From an uncultured Chloroflexia bacterium (GTDB taxonomy: Bacteria > Chloroflexota > UBA6077 > JACCZL01), in assembly GCA_963765765.1 (NCBI GenBank), contig CAVXYC010000020.1:736001-800000 (forward strand): a DNA stretch of 64,000 nucleotides, read 5' to 3'. Each line of letters begins with the position of its first letter. Position 1 is the stretch's first letter. The position numbers and the translations under genes are program-made. The notes under the pieces were generated by a model that saw only the letters and a list, made by a program, of their open reading frames with translations, did not search any database and was not told the origin of the DNA. Shown in pieces: positions 21,066 to 31,563 of the stretch.

Positions 21066-21785
21066 ATGGTTGCTGACGCGGAGTGGTCTTCGAGTCGCCC
21101 CCGAGTGACCGTAAAGTTTGCGCAGACGCTAGACGGTCGCATCGCGACTTCATCCGGTGACGGCGCTCGACGGATCAGTGGACCGGATTCCCTTCAGCTC
21201 GCTCACCAGCTTCGCGCCGATCATCAAGGCATACTGGTCGGCGTGGGCACGGTCATCGCCGACGACCCGCTCCTGACCGTTCGCCTGGTACCCGGCAAAA
21301 ATCCGATCCGTATTGTTGTTGACTCAAAGGCACGTGTGCCCACAAGCGCAGCACTGCTGAACGACGACTCACCCGAGAACACGCTGCTGGCGCACACCGC
21401 TGACGCCTCTGACGAGCGCCTTAAGGCACTTCGGCGACTTGGCGTGCAAACGATGTGTACTGCCGCAAACGCCGATGGGCGGGTTGATTTGGCGGCGCTG
21501 CTGTGCTCCCTTCGTCAACGAGGCTTGGAATCACTCATGGTTGAAGGCGGAGCACAAATCACCACACAGCTACTTCGGCTCCAGCTCGTGGATCGGCTTA
21601 TTGTCTGCGTGGCGCCGAAGCTGGTTGGAGAAGGACTTAATTCAGTTGGGGACCTCAACATCGCCAAGCTAGACGATGCGCTGACGTTCTCTGAGCTCGC
21701 GGTGAAGCAAATCGGCGCGGACGTGATATTCGACGGGCGGCTTGCCCGAAAAATGAACGCCGCTAGCCTGCCCGTTACGGGGTGA
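21066..21785 (+). CDS. RibD C-terminal-like pyrimidine reductase
   Basis: KFAQTLDGRIAT, LRADHQGILVGVGTVIADDPLLTVR, LMVEGGA. Confidence 0.9.
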   Translation: MVADAEWSSSRPRVTVKFAQTLDGRIATSSGDGARRISGPDSLQLAHQLRADHQGILVGVGTVIADDPLLTVRLVPGKNPIRIVVDSKARVPTSAALLNDDSPENTLLAHTADASDERLKALRRLGVQTMCTAANADGRVDLAALLCSLRQRGLESLMVEGGAQITTQLLRLQLVDRLIVCVAPKLVGEGLNSVGDLNIAKLDDALTFSELAVKQIGADVIFDGRLARKMNAASLPVTG

Positions 21786-22804
21786 CGTCACTACAGGGAA
21801 CCGCCGTCTGGTTCACTGGCCCACGAAAGGTGGAGCTGCGAACTGCTCCGCTTCCTTCAGTCGGGCCCGGCCAGATCAAGGTCCGAGCGCTCTTTTCGGC
21901 AATCAGTCACGGAACGGAGCGACTGGCCTATCGAGGAGAGATCGACCCCCTACTCCCACTTGATCTTCCGACATTTCAAGGCTCATTTCGCTACCCCTTG
22001 AAATATGGATACGCCTGCACCGGCGTGGTGGAAGAGGTCGGTCCACAGGTCATCGGGATAGAGCCCGGCAATCTCGTGTTCGCCCTTCACCCGCACCAGG
22101 ATCGGTTTGTCCTGGATGCGTCGCTTGTTACGACGCTCCCCCAGAATGTCGACCCAGTCGTTGGGCGTCTATTTCGCTCAAACAGAAACAGCAGTCAACG
22201 TGCTCCTGGACGCCGCGCCGAAAACTCGTGAAACGGTGGTCGTGTTCGGCCAGGGCGTCGTCGGGCTACTCATCACGAGCTTGCTAGCGCGCCCTCGACC
22301 TTGAGCATCTCATCACAGTGGACTCGTTTCCTGTCCGACGTGAAACGGCGCTCGCATATGGGGGCGACGCGGGTGCTAAGTCCGGATGACGACGTCCCGG
22401 CATTCGTACGCTCGCTGACCGCCGATCGAGGCGCCGACTGTGTGATCGAGGTAAGCGGCGCGCCGGCGGCCCTGAACGTGGCCATCGATTGCGCTGCCGT
22501 TCAGGGAGATGTCGTGGTCGCGTCCTGGTATGGCCAGAAGCCGGTGGAGCTGCAGCTTGGGTCAGCCTTCCACCGACGCCGTCTGCGCCTTGTCAGCTCG
22601 CAGGTGGGCATGCTCAATCCTTCCCTCGGCCCCCGCTGGGATCGAGCTCGGAGGACTGAGACGGTTCGGTCGTTGCTCCCTCAGCTCAATCTCGCCTTAC
22701 TGCGAAGCAGCATTGTCTCATTTCAAGATGCGCCGACGGCATACGAGATGATTGACTCACGACCGGATGAGCTGCTCCAAGTTATCCTGAGCTACGAGGA
22801 CTAG
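21782..22804 (+). CDS. Zinc-binding alcohol dehydrogenase family protein (frameshifts ~22165 and ~22300-22345)
   Basis: SAISHGTER, YPLKYGY, LHPHQ, VFGQGVVG, VVASWYG, FHRRRLRLVSSQV. Confidence 0.85.
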
Positions 22805-22821
22805 AACACGCGGAGCTAACA

Positions 22822-23247
22822 ATGCCAACCTTTGAGACAGGGCTTTCGATCACATTCCACGCGACTCACAGCCTCACAGGCAACTTCGGTCCCGCGTGCG
22901 AAGTCCATGATCATGACTACCGTGTGGACGTGACCGTTTTTGGAGAACATCTCACCAACGAGAGTGTTCTCGTTGATATCGTGCCATTAGAGCAGAGCAT
23001 CAGATCAGTGGTCGACCGCTGGGACAATCAGAGTCTCGATACGCAGCCCGAGCTTAACGGCATCAATACCACCATGGAAGCCCTCGCGCGCTATTTACAT
23101 GGACGCGTGGGCACCGCGATGCGAGAGCATCGTGACCTGACAGTCGAGGTAAAGGTCTGGGAAACGCCTACGGCGTGGGGTGCTTACCGCGGCCCCATAA
23201 ACGTCAAATCCCCCGATGCGGCGACGAGCGGCGCATCGGGGGATTGA
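22822..23247 (+). CDS. 6-pyruvoyl-tetrahydropterin synthase/QueD-family (COG0720) T-fold protein
   Basis: FHATHSLTGNFGPACEVHDHDYRVDV..LVDI..NTTME.LA..VKVWETP. Confidence 0.85.
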   Translation: MPTFETGLSITFHATHSLTGNFGPACEVHDHDYRVDVTVFGEHLTNESVLVDIVPLEQSIRSVVDRWDNQSLDTQPELNGINTTMEALARYLHGRVGTAMREHRDLTVEVKVWETPTAWGAYRGPINVKSPDAATSGASGD

Positions 23248-23257
23248 TGTCAGACGC

Positions 23258-23545
23258 TTAAAGCGGAGCTTGGCTCCCGGAGCTCGAGCTTCCGCTGGTT
23301 CCCGTGCTGCTGCTGGTCGGGCTCGAGGAGCTGCTGGGTGATGAGCTGCTCGGCGTGGAAACGCTGCTCGGGGAGCTGTCCGAAGTAGACGCGCTCGAAG
23401 TGGACGGTGTCGAGGGATAAGTCGAAGTCGTGGGCTGATCCCAGACGCCTGTATCCCAGTCGTCGTCGTCGGGCTCGCCAAACCACTTGTTATAGGCCCA
23501 CATGCCGGCAGCGCCGGCTACGGCCCCAAAAATGAATCCAAACAT
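23258..23545 (-). CDS. Small membrane-anchored protein with Ser-rich tail
   Basis: GGAGG SD; MFGFIFGAVAGAAGMWAY anchor, acidic patch, Ser/Thr/Pro low-complexity C-terminus. Confidence 0.7.
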   Translation of the reverse strand: MFGFIFGAVAGAAGMWAYNKWFGEPDDDDWDTGVWDQPTTSTYPSTPSTSSASTSDSSPSSVSTPSSSSPSSSSSPTSSSTGTSGSSSSGSQAPL

Positions 23546-23642
23546 GCACGTCCTCCAAGCCCCGCTTCGCGCGAGGCAGCTTACTCCATACTAGGCATGC
23601 CGGTATACGATCCGCAAGACTTGCGCCATTGTGAACGCCTAC

Positions 23643-23800
23643 TAGGATTCCGTTGGCTGTGCCAGTTCTCTAACCTGTCTGGGCCCTGTCTCAGTCCGGT
23701 GACACAGTGCCCCCTCGGAGATACGAATCTGCCGCCGTAGCGCGGTGGTCGCGGATTGCAAGGACCGGTATCGGGTCCATCAGGACTTAATAGAGTCCTA
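23643..23800. mobile_element. MITE-like or structured element, copy 1 (158 bp)
   Basis: Ends TAGGATTCCGTT ... AATAGAGTCCTA; colinear with 40553-40824. Confidence 0.7.
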
Positions 23801-23881
23801 CTACGCGCTCTTCTCGATCAAGACTTGACGCCCTTGGCCATCGTAAAGAAAAAGCGCTCACGTGCACATTCCGCTCCGCTG

Positions 23882-24709
23882 CTACTTCGTCTCGAGCTCG
23901 GCCACCCACTCCAGCACGCTACGATTGAATTCTTCGGGTGCTTCCATGTTGGACATGTGGCCCGCGCCGGGGATCAGATGAAGCGTTGCGCACGGGAGCT
24001 TGCTGGCCATCAGGCGAGATTCGTCAGGCGGCGTGAGAAGGTCGTCGACTCCACCAATGACCAGCGCCGGAATGTCCATGCCCGATAGTAGCGGCACGGA
24101 GTCCTCACGCTGGGCCATGCCCCGTTGCCCATCAGCAATGGCCCGCGCTGACTGATCTTCCATAATCTCCCGCAATCTCTGTGGAGTTTCTGAGTCCAAA
24201 GGCCGCGACGGTGAACAGAGAAGTGGCCACATGAGCTCGAGAGCAGGCGCCGACGACCCCACTATCTCAGCATCTCGAGCCATGACTTCTCGATATTCTC
24301 TCCGCGCTCTGTCGTCGTGCGTGGCCTTCGTATCGGCCAGGACCATGGCTCGTGCACGCGCAGGCTGACGCTTCCAGAATTCGAACGCGGTATAGCCGCC
24401 CATCGAAAGTCCTACGTACAGCACTGCTTCACTGACACCGAGATAGTCGAGCAGCGCCAGGAGGTCATCAGCGTGCTGACCCATCGTCAGGGGGCCAGCC
24501 GGCCCGGGTTCAGAGAGGCCAAACCCGCGCAGATCGGGAAGGATCAGCCTGAGCTCCTTCGCAAGTGGCTCGATCTGCGGCGCCCACATCCGGTGGTCCA
24601 ACGCAAATCCGTGCACCAGAAGCGCAACGGGCCTATCGCCACCGGTGTCCGAGTAGGCGATCCTTACGCCGTTGATCGTTGCTGAATGCATCTGTTGGGA
24701 GCTGAGCAC
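23882..24709 (-). CDS. Alpha/beta-fold hydrolase
   Basis: LLVHGF, PDLRGFG.S, VGLSMGG, GAGHMSNME. Confidence 0.92.
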   Translation of the reverse strand: MLSSQQMHSATINGVRIAYSDTGGDRPVALLVHGFALDHRMWAPQIEPLAKELRLILPDLRGFGLSEPGPAGPLTMGQHADDLLALLDYLGVSEAVLYVGLSMGGYTAFEFWKRQPARARAMVLADTKATHDDRARREYREVMARDAEIVGSSAPALELMWPLLCSPSRPLDSETPQRLREIMEDQSARAIADGQRGMAQREDSVPLLSGMDIPALVIGGVDDLLTPPDESRLMASKLPCATLHLIPGAGHMSNMEAPEEFNRSVLEWVAELETK

Positions 24710-24742
24710 AAGAACACCTCCGGTCAGTCGAGGCTTTGCAGA

Positions 24743-24954
24743 CTAGCTTCTCCGCCGACGCAAGGCCATGACTATTACGACGCTGACGACGACGAGCGCC
24801 ATGACCGCGTAGACTCTGAGTCCCAGGGGAAGCCCAACGCCAGTACTAATGAGACTGAGGTGGCCAGGACGAAGGCCACACACCAACCGGCGCCTATCCC
24901 GGGCCTGGTTAGGTCTCGCGGCTGGACTGAAATGAGCTCCGCGGCCATCGTCAT
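24743..24954 (-). CDS. Small two-TM membrane protein (one frameshift; absent from ORF track)
   Basis: MTMAAELISVQPRDLTRPGIGAGWCVAFVLATSVSLVLALGFP, shift in the C-run, then LGLRVYAVMALVVVSVVVIMALRRRRS*. Confidence 0.55.
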
Positions 24955-24981
24955 GTACTACCGACAGTTAAGCCGCGTTTC

Positions 24982-25317
24982 ATGAGCTACCTCATCGCCC
25001 TTACATTGACGCTCGCCATCGAGCTGCCCATAGCAGTAGGCCTTCTCCGGTTCTGGCTCCGCGCCTCATTCCGTGACGCGGTACTGCTCACCATAGCCGG
25101 GAACTTGATTACCCATCCGATCGTATGGTTCATCCCACCTGTTGTTCCTCCGCAAATCGTGTCCCCGGACCTGGCTCTTACTCTCGCGGAAGTGCTCGCC
25201 ATGTTAGTGGAAGCGTTGGTGCTTCGCACCCGCATTGAACGCCGATTCTCATCGCTGCTCACCATTACATTTGTCTCGAATTCGGCGTCACTCCTGGTCG
25301 GAACGGCACTGATCTGA
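24982..25317 (+). CDS. Small integral membrane protein
   Basis: YLIALTLTLAIELP..NLITHPIVW..AEVLAMLVEAL..NSASLLVG. Confidence 0.75.
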   Translation: MSYLIALTLTLAIELPIAVGLLRFWLRASFRDAVLLTIAGNLITHPIVWFIPPVVPPQIVSPDLALTLAEVLAMLVEALVLRTRIERRFSSLLTITFVSNSASLLVGTALI

Positions 25318-25550
25318 ACCGGGGATCTTTCAATCGGCGAGGCAAGCGGCCGGGACCGCCGACATCCTGTCGGCCCGGCGCCCAAGCGCCGCCGGGAGAC
25401 GACCCTGATTCGAAGGGCCGTAGCTTCCGATGGCGCCTGTCCCAGTGGAATCGCGCCGAACACACGTCGATGGGCCCGGGACCGGCCGCAACTGACAAGC
25501 CGACGACCCGGGGGTGATGCTGGGTCCGGAGATCTCAGGAGTCAATCGAT

Positions 25551-26819
25551 ATGACAGTCACTCAAGGACGATCATCCGGCGGTGCCGCCGGTCCCCTGCG
25601 CACACTCAAGATGGGGATGATCGGCGTAGGCGTGGGCGGGACGGAAATGCTCCCCGCCATGGACGCCATGCCCGAGCTGGAGCTCTTCGCTGGAGCCGAC
25701 ATCAACCCCGAAACACGAGCCCGCTTCAAGGAGCGCTATCCCGACGCCCGCGTCTATGAGTCGGCAGAGGCCATGTGCAAAGACCCTGATCTGGAAGCAG
25801 TCTGGGTCTCCAGCCCCAACCGCTTTCACGCGGAACATGCCATTCTGGCCGCGAATCACGGCAAGCATATCGTGGTTGAGAAGCCAATGGCTCTTGACCT
25901 CAAGCAAGCCGCGGCCATGATCGAAGCGGCGGACAAGAACAATGTGAAGCTCCTGGCGGGACATACGCGCAGCTTCACCCTTCCGATCCGCGCCATGCGG
26001 AAGGTTCTCCAGTCAGGTCGCGTGGGAGAGCTTCGAGCGATGAGCCTGGTGGCATATTCGGACTGGATGCTTCGTCCTCGCACCGCCGATGAGCTCGACC
26101 CGAACCAGGGCGGCGGCATGGTGTATCGGCAAGGTCCGCATCAGATCGATACCGTACGCGTGCTCGGCGGCGGCAAAGTGCGCAGTGTACGGGCACACGC
26201 TGGACAGTGGATGCCCGAGCGCTCGATCCCTGGCTATTACTCCGCGTTCATGGAGTTCGAGAACGGCGTCCCCGCGCAAATTACGCACAACGGCTACGGC
26301 TATTTCATGGGCGCCGAGATGGTCCAGTGGGGCCACGCCAACCAGCGCTATACACCTGAAGAGCGCGTGGAAGTGCGTCGTCAGATGCGTGAAGGAACTC
26401 GGAACGAGGCTTTCGACAAACAAGAGCTGCGCATCGGCGGGGGGATCTGGCAGCAAGTGTTCAAGCAGGAATATCGCGATCCGTGGGTACCAGAAGACCT
26501 GGGTATCGTGATCGTCTCCGGCGAGCGCGGCGACCTGCGACATTCAAAGTACGGCATCTTCGTCTATGACGACGAGGGAACACACGATATCGAGCTCAAG
26601 CCCGATCGGGCGATGGGGCCTGCCCAGCGCCGCGCCGAGCTGGAAGAGCTCTACGACTCCGTTGTGAACGGCAAGCCGCTATGGCACGACGGACGCTGGG
26701 GCATGGCCACCCTCGAGGTGTGTCTGGCCATCATCGAATCCTCACGCGAGCGCAAGGAGGTGATGCTCAGTCACCAGATGGAGCTACCCGCCGATTACGA
26801 CTCGGAGTTCGAGTTCTAA
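25551..26819 (+). CDS. Gfo/Idh/MocA oxidoreductase, phthalate 4,5-cis-dihydrodiol dehydrogenase-like (copy 1)
   Basis: GKHIVVEKPMA, YSDWMLRPR..ELD..GGG.VYRQGPHQID..RVLGGG, HDGRWGMATLEVC. Confidence 0.9.
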   Translation: MTVTQGRSSGGAAGPLRTLKMGMIGVGVGGTEMLPAMDAMPELELFAGADINPETRARFKERYPDARVYESAEAMCKDPDLEAVWVSSPNRFHAEHAILAANHGKHIVVEKPMALDLKQAAAMIEAADKNNVKLLAGHTRSFTLPIRAMRKVLQSGRVGELRAMSLVAYSDWMLRPRTADELDPNQGGGMVYRQGPHQIDTVRVLGGGKVRSVRAHAGQWMPERSIPGYYSAFMEFENGVPAQITHNGYGYFMGAEMVQWGHANQRYTPEERVEVRRQMREGTRNEAFDKQELRIGGGIWQQVFKQEYRDPWVPEDLGIVIVSGERGDLRHSKYGIFVYDDEGTHDIELKPDRAMGPAQRRAELEELYDSVVNGKPLWHDGRWGMATLEVCLAIIESSRERKEVMLSHQMELPADYDSEFEF

Positions 26820-26893
26820 CAACCGGATCTAGCAGGCTCGGTCGGAGCGCGGCGCCAGTAGAACCCGACCGTGAGACGCAGAGGGAGACCAGC

Positions 26894-28173
26894 ATGACCG
26901 CTACTGAGGGACGAATTCGTTACCAGGATGGACAAAAGCTTCGCACGCTGAACCTGGGCATGATCGGCGTAGGCGTGGGCGGCACGGAGATGCTGCCGCC
27001 AATGGACGCCATGGATGAGCTGAACGTGATGGCCTGCGCGGACCCGAATCCGGTGACTCGAGGCTTCTTCAGCGAGCGCTACCCGGAATCGCATGTGTAT
27101 GAGACGGCGGAGGAGATGTGCGCGGATCCCGACGTGGAGGTCGTCTGGATCTCCTCGCCGAACCGATTCCACGCCGAGCACGCGATCACGGCGGCCAAGG
27201 CTGGCAAGCACATCGTCGTCGAGAAGCCGATGGCGCTCTCGATGAAACAGGCCGAGGAGATGGTAGAGGCGGCCGAGATAAGGCTGGCGTGTACCTGCTC
27301 GCGGGTCACACTCGCAGCTTTACCCTGCCGATCCGCACGATGCGCAAGGTGCTTCAGTCGGGTGAGATCGGCGACCTGCGGGCCATGACGCTGCTGGCGT
27401 ACACCGACTGGATGCTGCGGCCGCGTACGCCTGATGAGCTGGATCCGAACCAGGGCGGCGGCATGGTCTACCGCCAGGGCCCGCACCAGATCGACACCGT
27501 GCGCGTGCTGGGCGGCGGCTTGCTCCGCAGCGTGCGCGCGTACGCCGGCCAGTGGATGCCCGAGCGGCCTATCCCTGGCTACTACACGGCCTTCCTCGAA
27601 TTCGAGAATGGCGTGCCCGTCACGATCACCCATAACGGGTACGGCTACTTCATGGGCTCGGAGATGGTCCTGTGGGGCCATGCCAACCAGCGCTACACCC
27701 CGGAAGAGCGCGTGGCAGTTCGCAAGTCAATGCGCGACGGCACCCGTGACGAGGAGCAGGACAAGCAGGACATCCGCATCGGTGGCCAGAAGGAGCGCAC
27801 CGTGTTCCGTCCGGCGCACAATGATCGCGTCTCGTGGGTGCCAGAAGATCTGGGTCTGCTCATCGTAAGCGGTGAGCGCGGCGATCTGAAGCACTCGGCG
27901 CACGGGGTGTACGTCTACAACGACGAGGGGCAGCGAGAGATCGATCTCACACCCGATCGCTTCATGGGCGGCGCCGGCCAGCGGCGGGCAGAGCTCGAGG
28001 AGATTTACGACGCGGTCGTATTCGGCAAGCCGCTGTGGCACGACGGCCGCTGGGGCATGGCCACGCTGGAAGTCGTCCTGGCCATCATCGAATCCGCCCG
28101 AGAGCGCAAAGAAGTGCGGCTCACACACCAGAAGGCGCTGCCGGACGACTACGACGCGGAGTTCACGCTCTAG
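26894..28173 (+). CDS. Gfo/Idh/MocA oxidoreductase, tandem paralogue (frameshift ~27278)
   Basis: MTATEGRIRY..GMIGVGVGGTEML; same motifs as 25551-26819. Confidence 0.88.
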
Positions 28174-28193
28174 CGAGACAGCTTCCGACGAGA

Positions 28194-28234
28194 GACGGCG
28201 AAGTGAGGCAGCGTGACTGCCTCACTTCGCCGTC
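28194..28234. terminator. Perfect 18-bp hairpin downstream of the dehydrogenase pair
   Basis: GACGGCGAAGTGAGGCAG-CGTGA-CTGCCTCACTTCGCCGTC; no U-tract. Confidence 0.55.
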
Positions 28235-28944
28235 CGCAAGATGACCACCACCGCTCAATCGTTGCCCATCAGACTTTGCGTAACAGGCCAACCCGTCCGC
28301 TGCTTGTTGTCCTGAGACAGTGTCATGCGATTTCGGACGCCGTTGAATGCGCCGTGAGCTCTACTCTCGCGTCCGGGAAATCCCTCGTTCGGGAGTCCGA
28401 AGGGCTGAGCCCGCGACAGTGTTCATGCCTGGGGCTCCGGGTCGAAAAGCTTCGGCCTGAGAGCCCCATTTAAGTTGCCCTGGCACGCACCAGGCACATC
28501 GCAGCTCCCATTTAGTCGTCTGTCAATCGGTATTCTCAATGTAAGATTCCGTACCTTTCCGTTGGGCATCCGCGCGTCCGCGACTTTGGGATTGTCCACC
28601 AGGCGCCGTGACCAGCAGCCCGGATTAGGAACCAGCGGCTGTATGCCTGGCCGGTTGGCGCCCCATCGCATCGGCTCTCGCTACGCAGGTGACCACCACG
28701 GCGCGCAAATCGGCAGCCTGGGACGGAGCTGAATGTTGGTCGTGGTAAACTCTGTTGAGCGGGAACGAGCAGGGGGACCCGGCGGCTACTCCGTCGTAGC
28801 TGATCACTAGCTGGGGCTCGTCGATGAGCAACGCTCTCGATCCATTTCCGATTCAAACCAGGGACTTAAGATCGGCTCGCGCCGAACCATCCGAGTCCAC
28901 TTCATCGCGCCCCATCGGGGCAAATCCTGAGAGGCTCAGCACTG

Positions 28945-31480
28945 ATGACGGTTGCTTTGCGACCCGCCACGGAAACTGCCGCACGGTCCTCCGCACCCGC
29001 CGATCCCGCGGGTGCCACGCGCCCGCGGGTCCATGGGAAGTTCCTATTCGTCGGCAACGAGAAGGTCTACGTCCGCGGAGCAACCTACGGGGCTTTCCGT
29101 CCCGACGAGGATGGCAACGAATTCAAGAAGGAAATAGTAGACCGAGATTTCGCGGATATGGCGGCAAATGGGCTCAATGCCGTGCGAATCCCGCACACCA
29201 TGCCCCCGCGCTGGCTCCTGGACCTCGCCCAGCACCATGGTCTCTATGTGATGGTGGGGCTTTCGGCTGAGCAGTACATCGGTTATCTGATCGACGATAG
29301 GCCGGACGCGCCCGATATCGTGGCCGAGATCCAGGCCCGTGTGCGCGTCTGTGCCGGACATCCGGCGCTGCTCTGCTATGCCATCGGCAACGAGATCCCC
29401 GCTGCTCTCGTACGCTGGCTGAGTCCTCGTCGAGTCGAACGGTACCTGGAGCGGCTATGCCGAGCTATCAAGGAGGTGGATCCACACGGCCTGGTCACCT
29501 ATGTGAACTATCCGACTACGGAATATCTGCGACTCCCTTTTCTGGATCTCGTCTGCTTCAACGTGTACCTTGAGTCGAGGATCGGCTTCAGGCGTACCTC
29601 GCCCGACTCCATAATGTGGCGGGCGATCGTCCACTGTTGATGAGTGAGATCGGGCTAGACAGCTACAGCAACGGCGAGGACGGCCAGGCGACTGTCCTGG
29701 ATTGGCAGATTCGCACGACATTCGCAAGCGGCTGTGCAGGTGCCTTCGTCTTTCCCTGGACCGACGAGTGGTGTCGGCGGGGTCAGACGTTGAAGATTGG
29801 GCATTCGGACTCACCGACTGGGATCGACATCCCAAGCCCGCACTCAGCGCCGTGCGTCGAGCGTTCGCGGACGTTCCCTTCCCCGAACCTCGTGCTGGCC
29901 ACGCATCTCAGTTGTCGTGTGTAGCTATAACGGCGAGCGAACCATACGCGACTGTTTCGAGGGCATAGGGCGGCTCGATTATCCGAACTACGAAGTCATC
30001 GTCGTCGACGACGGCTCGACGGACAGCACGGCGGCGATAGCGCGGCGAATACGGCTTTCGGGTGATCAGTACCGAGAATTGCGGACTGAGCAGCGCGCGA
30101 AATACGGGCTGGAAGCCGCAACCGGAGAGATCATCGCCTATATCGACGACGATGCGATATCCCGATCCGCACTGGTTGACCTACCTTGCCGCCACGTTCC
30201 ATCCACGCAGTACGCCGCGGATCGGCGGTCCCAATCTCCCACCACCCGGGGACGGTGTCATCGCCGACTGTGTCGCGAACGCGCCCGGTGGACCGATCCA
30301 CGTGTTGCTGTCAGACACCGAGGCCGAGCATATTCCCGGTTGCAACATGGCCGTGCGAAGAGAAGCTCTCGAAGCGGTTGGAGGGTTCGACTCCCAATTC
30401 CGCGTCGCCGGCGACGACGTTGATGTCTGCTGGCGGCTTCAAGAACGGGGATTCTCGCTAGGATTCAACTCGGCTGCGCTCGTCTGGCACCATCGCCGCA
30501 ATTCGGTCTGGGGCTACTGGAGACAGCAGCAAGGCTACGGAAAAGCTGAAGCTCTACTCGAGCGCAAATGGCCGGAGAAGTACAACACGGCCGGGCATGT
30601 CACCTGGTCCGGTCGCCTGTACGGGCACGGGATTCTCCACGCGCTCGGCTTGAGGTCGGGCGGGTATACCATGGCGTCTGGGGGAGCGCTCCATTTCAGT
30701 CAGTCTACCAGCCGGCCCAAAGCCTCCTTGGCTACTTCCCTGCTCATGCCGGAATGGTACCTTCTCCTTGCAATCCTGGCTGCTCTCGTCGGCATGAGCA
30801 TTCTCTGGCAGCCTCTGCTCCTCGCACTTCCCGTGCTTGCTCTGGCTATGGGTGCCTCTTTCGTTCAGGCTGCAATCGGAGCGCGAGCCGCCCGGTTCAG
30901 CGTGCCGTCCAGGTCGCGGTTCGCCAGGCTCGGACTTCGAGGCCTGACGACACTCTTGCACCTGCTTCAACCGCTGGCTCGCCTTTCGGGGCGGCTTAAC
31001 TACGGACTGACCCCCTGGCGCTGGCGAGGCAACCGGCACTTCGGTTTGCCACAGCGTCGTGCGCTGGCTTTCTGGACCGAGAAATGGCGTGCCCCCGAAG
31101 ACAGGCTTCGTCGCATTGACGCGGCCCTCCGAGCTGGTGGCGCGCGAGTGTTAACCGGCGGCGCATTTGACCAGTGGGATCTCGAAGTGCGGGGCGGACT
31201 GCTCGGCGCCGCGCGTATGCTCATGGCGGTAGAAGATCACGGAGCGGGCACTCAATACGTACGAGTGCGCATGTGGCCCAAGTGCCTTCCCCGCGGTATC
31301 GTCGCCATTCTGCTTCTGGCAAGCCTGGCCGTCGGTGCGGGATTGGCTCAGGCGTGGGCAGCCTGCGCCATCCTTATGGCCGGCACCGCGGCTCTTGCGC
31401 TGCGTGCTTTCGAGGAGACGAAAGTCGGAACGACGAACATCGCTCAGGCACTCGAAGGAACGTCCGCCGGTGAGGCGTAA
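28945..31480 (+). CDS. Fusion protein: GH-A clan (GH2-like) TIM barrel + GT2 glycosyltransferase + C-terminal membrane domain (many frameshifts)
   Basis: YVRGATYG, YAIGNEIP, VTYVNYPTTEYL, LLMSEIGLD; ISVVVCSYNG, VVDDGSTDST, AYIDDDA, HIPGCNMA, AGDDVDVCWRL, QQQGYG. Confidence 0.85.
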
Positions 31481-31563
31481 TAGATGATTGCGCCTCGTGG
31501 TACTGGACTTTCGCACTACAGCAATCGCCTTCCGCCGGCGGACCGGCGAATCCCGAGGTTGGC

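Noticed and set aside
28720-28900. c-di-AMP (ydaO)-like riboswitch upstream of the glycan locus
   Set aside because: Fragments such as GCTGAAT, GGGGGACCC and CCGAACC occur, but the conserved 3' GTCAGCTAAC block is missing; an Rfam scan would settle it
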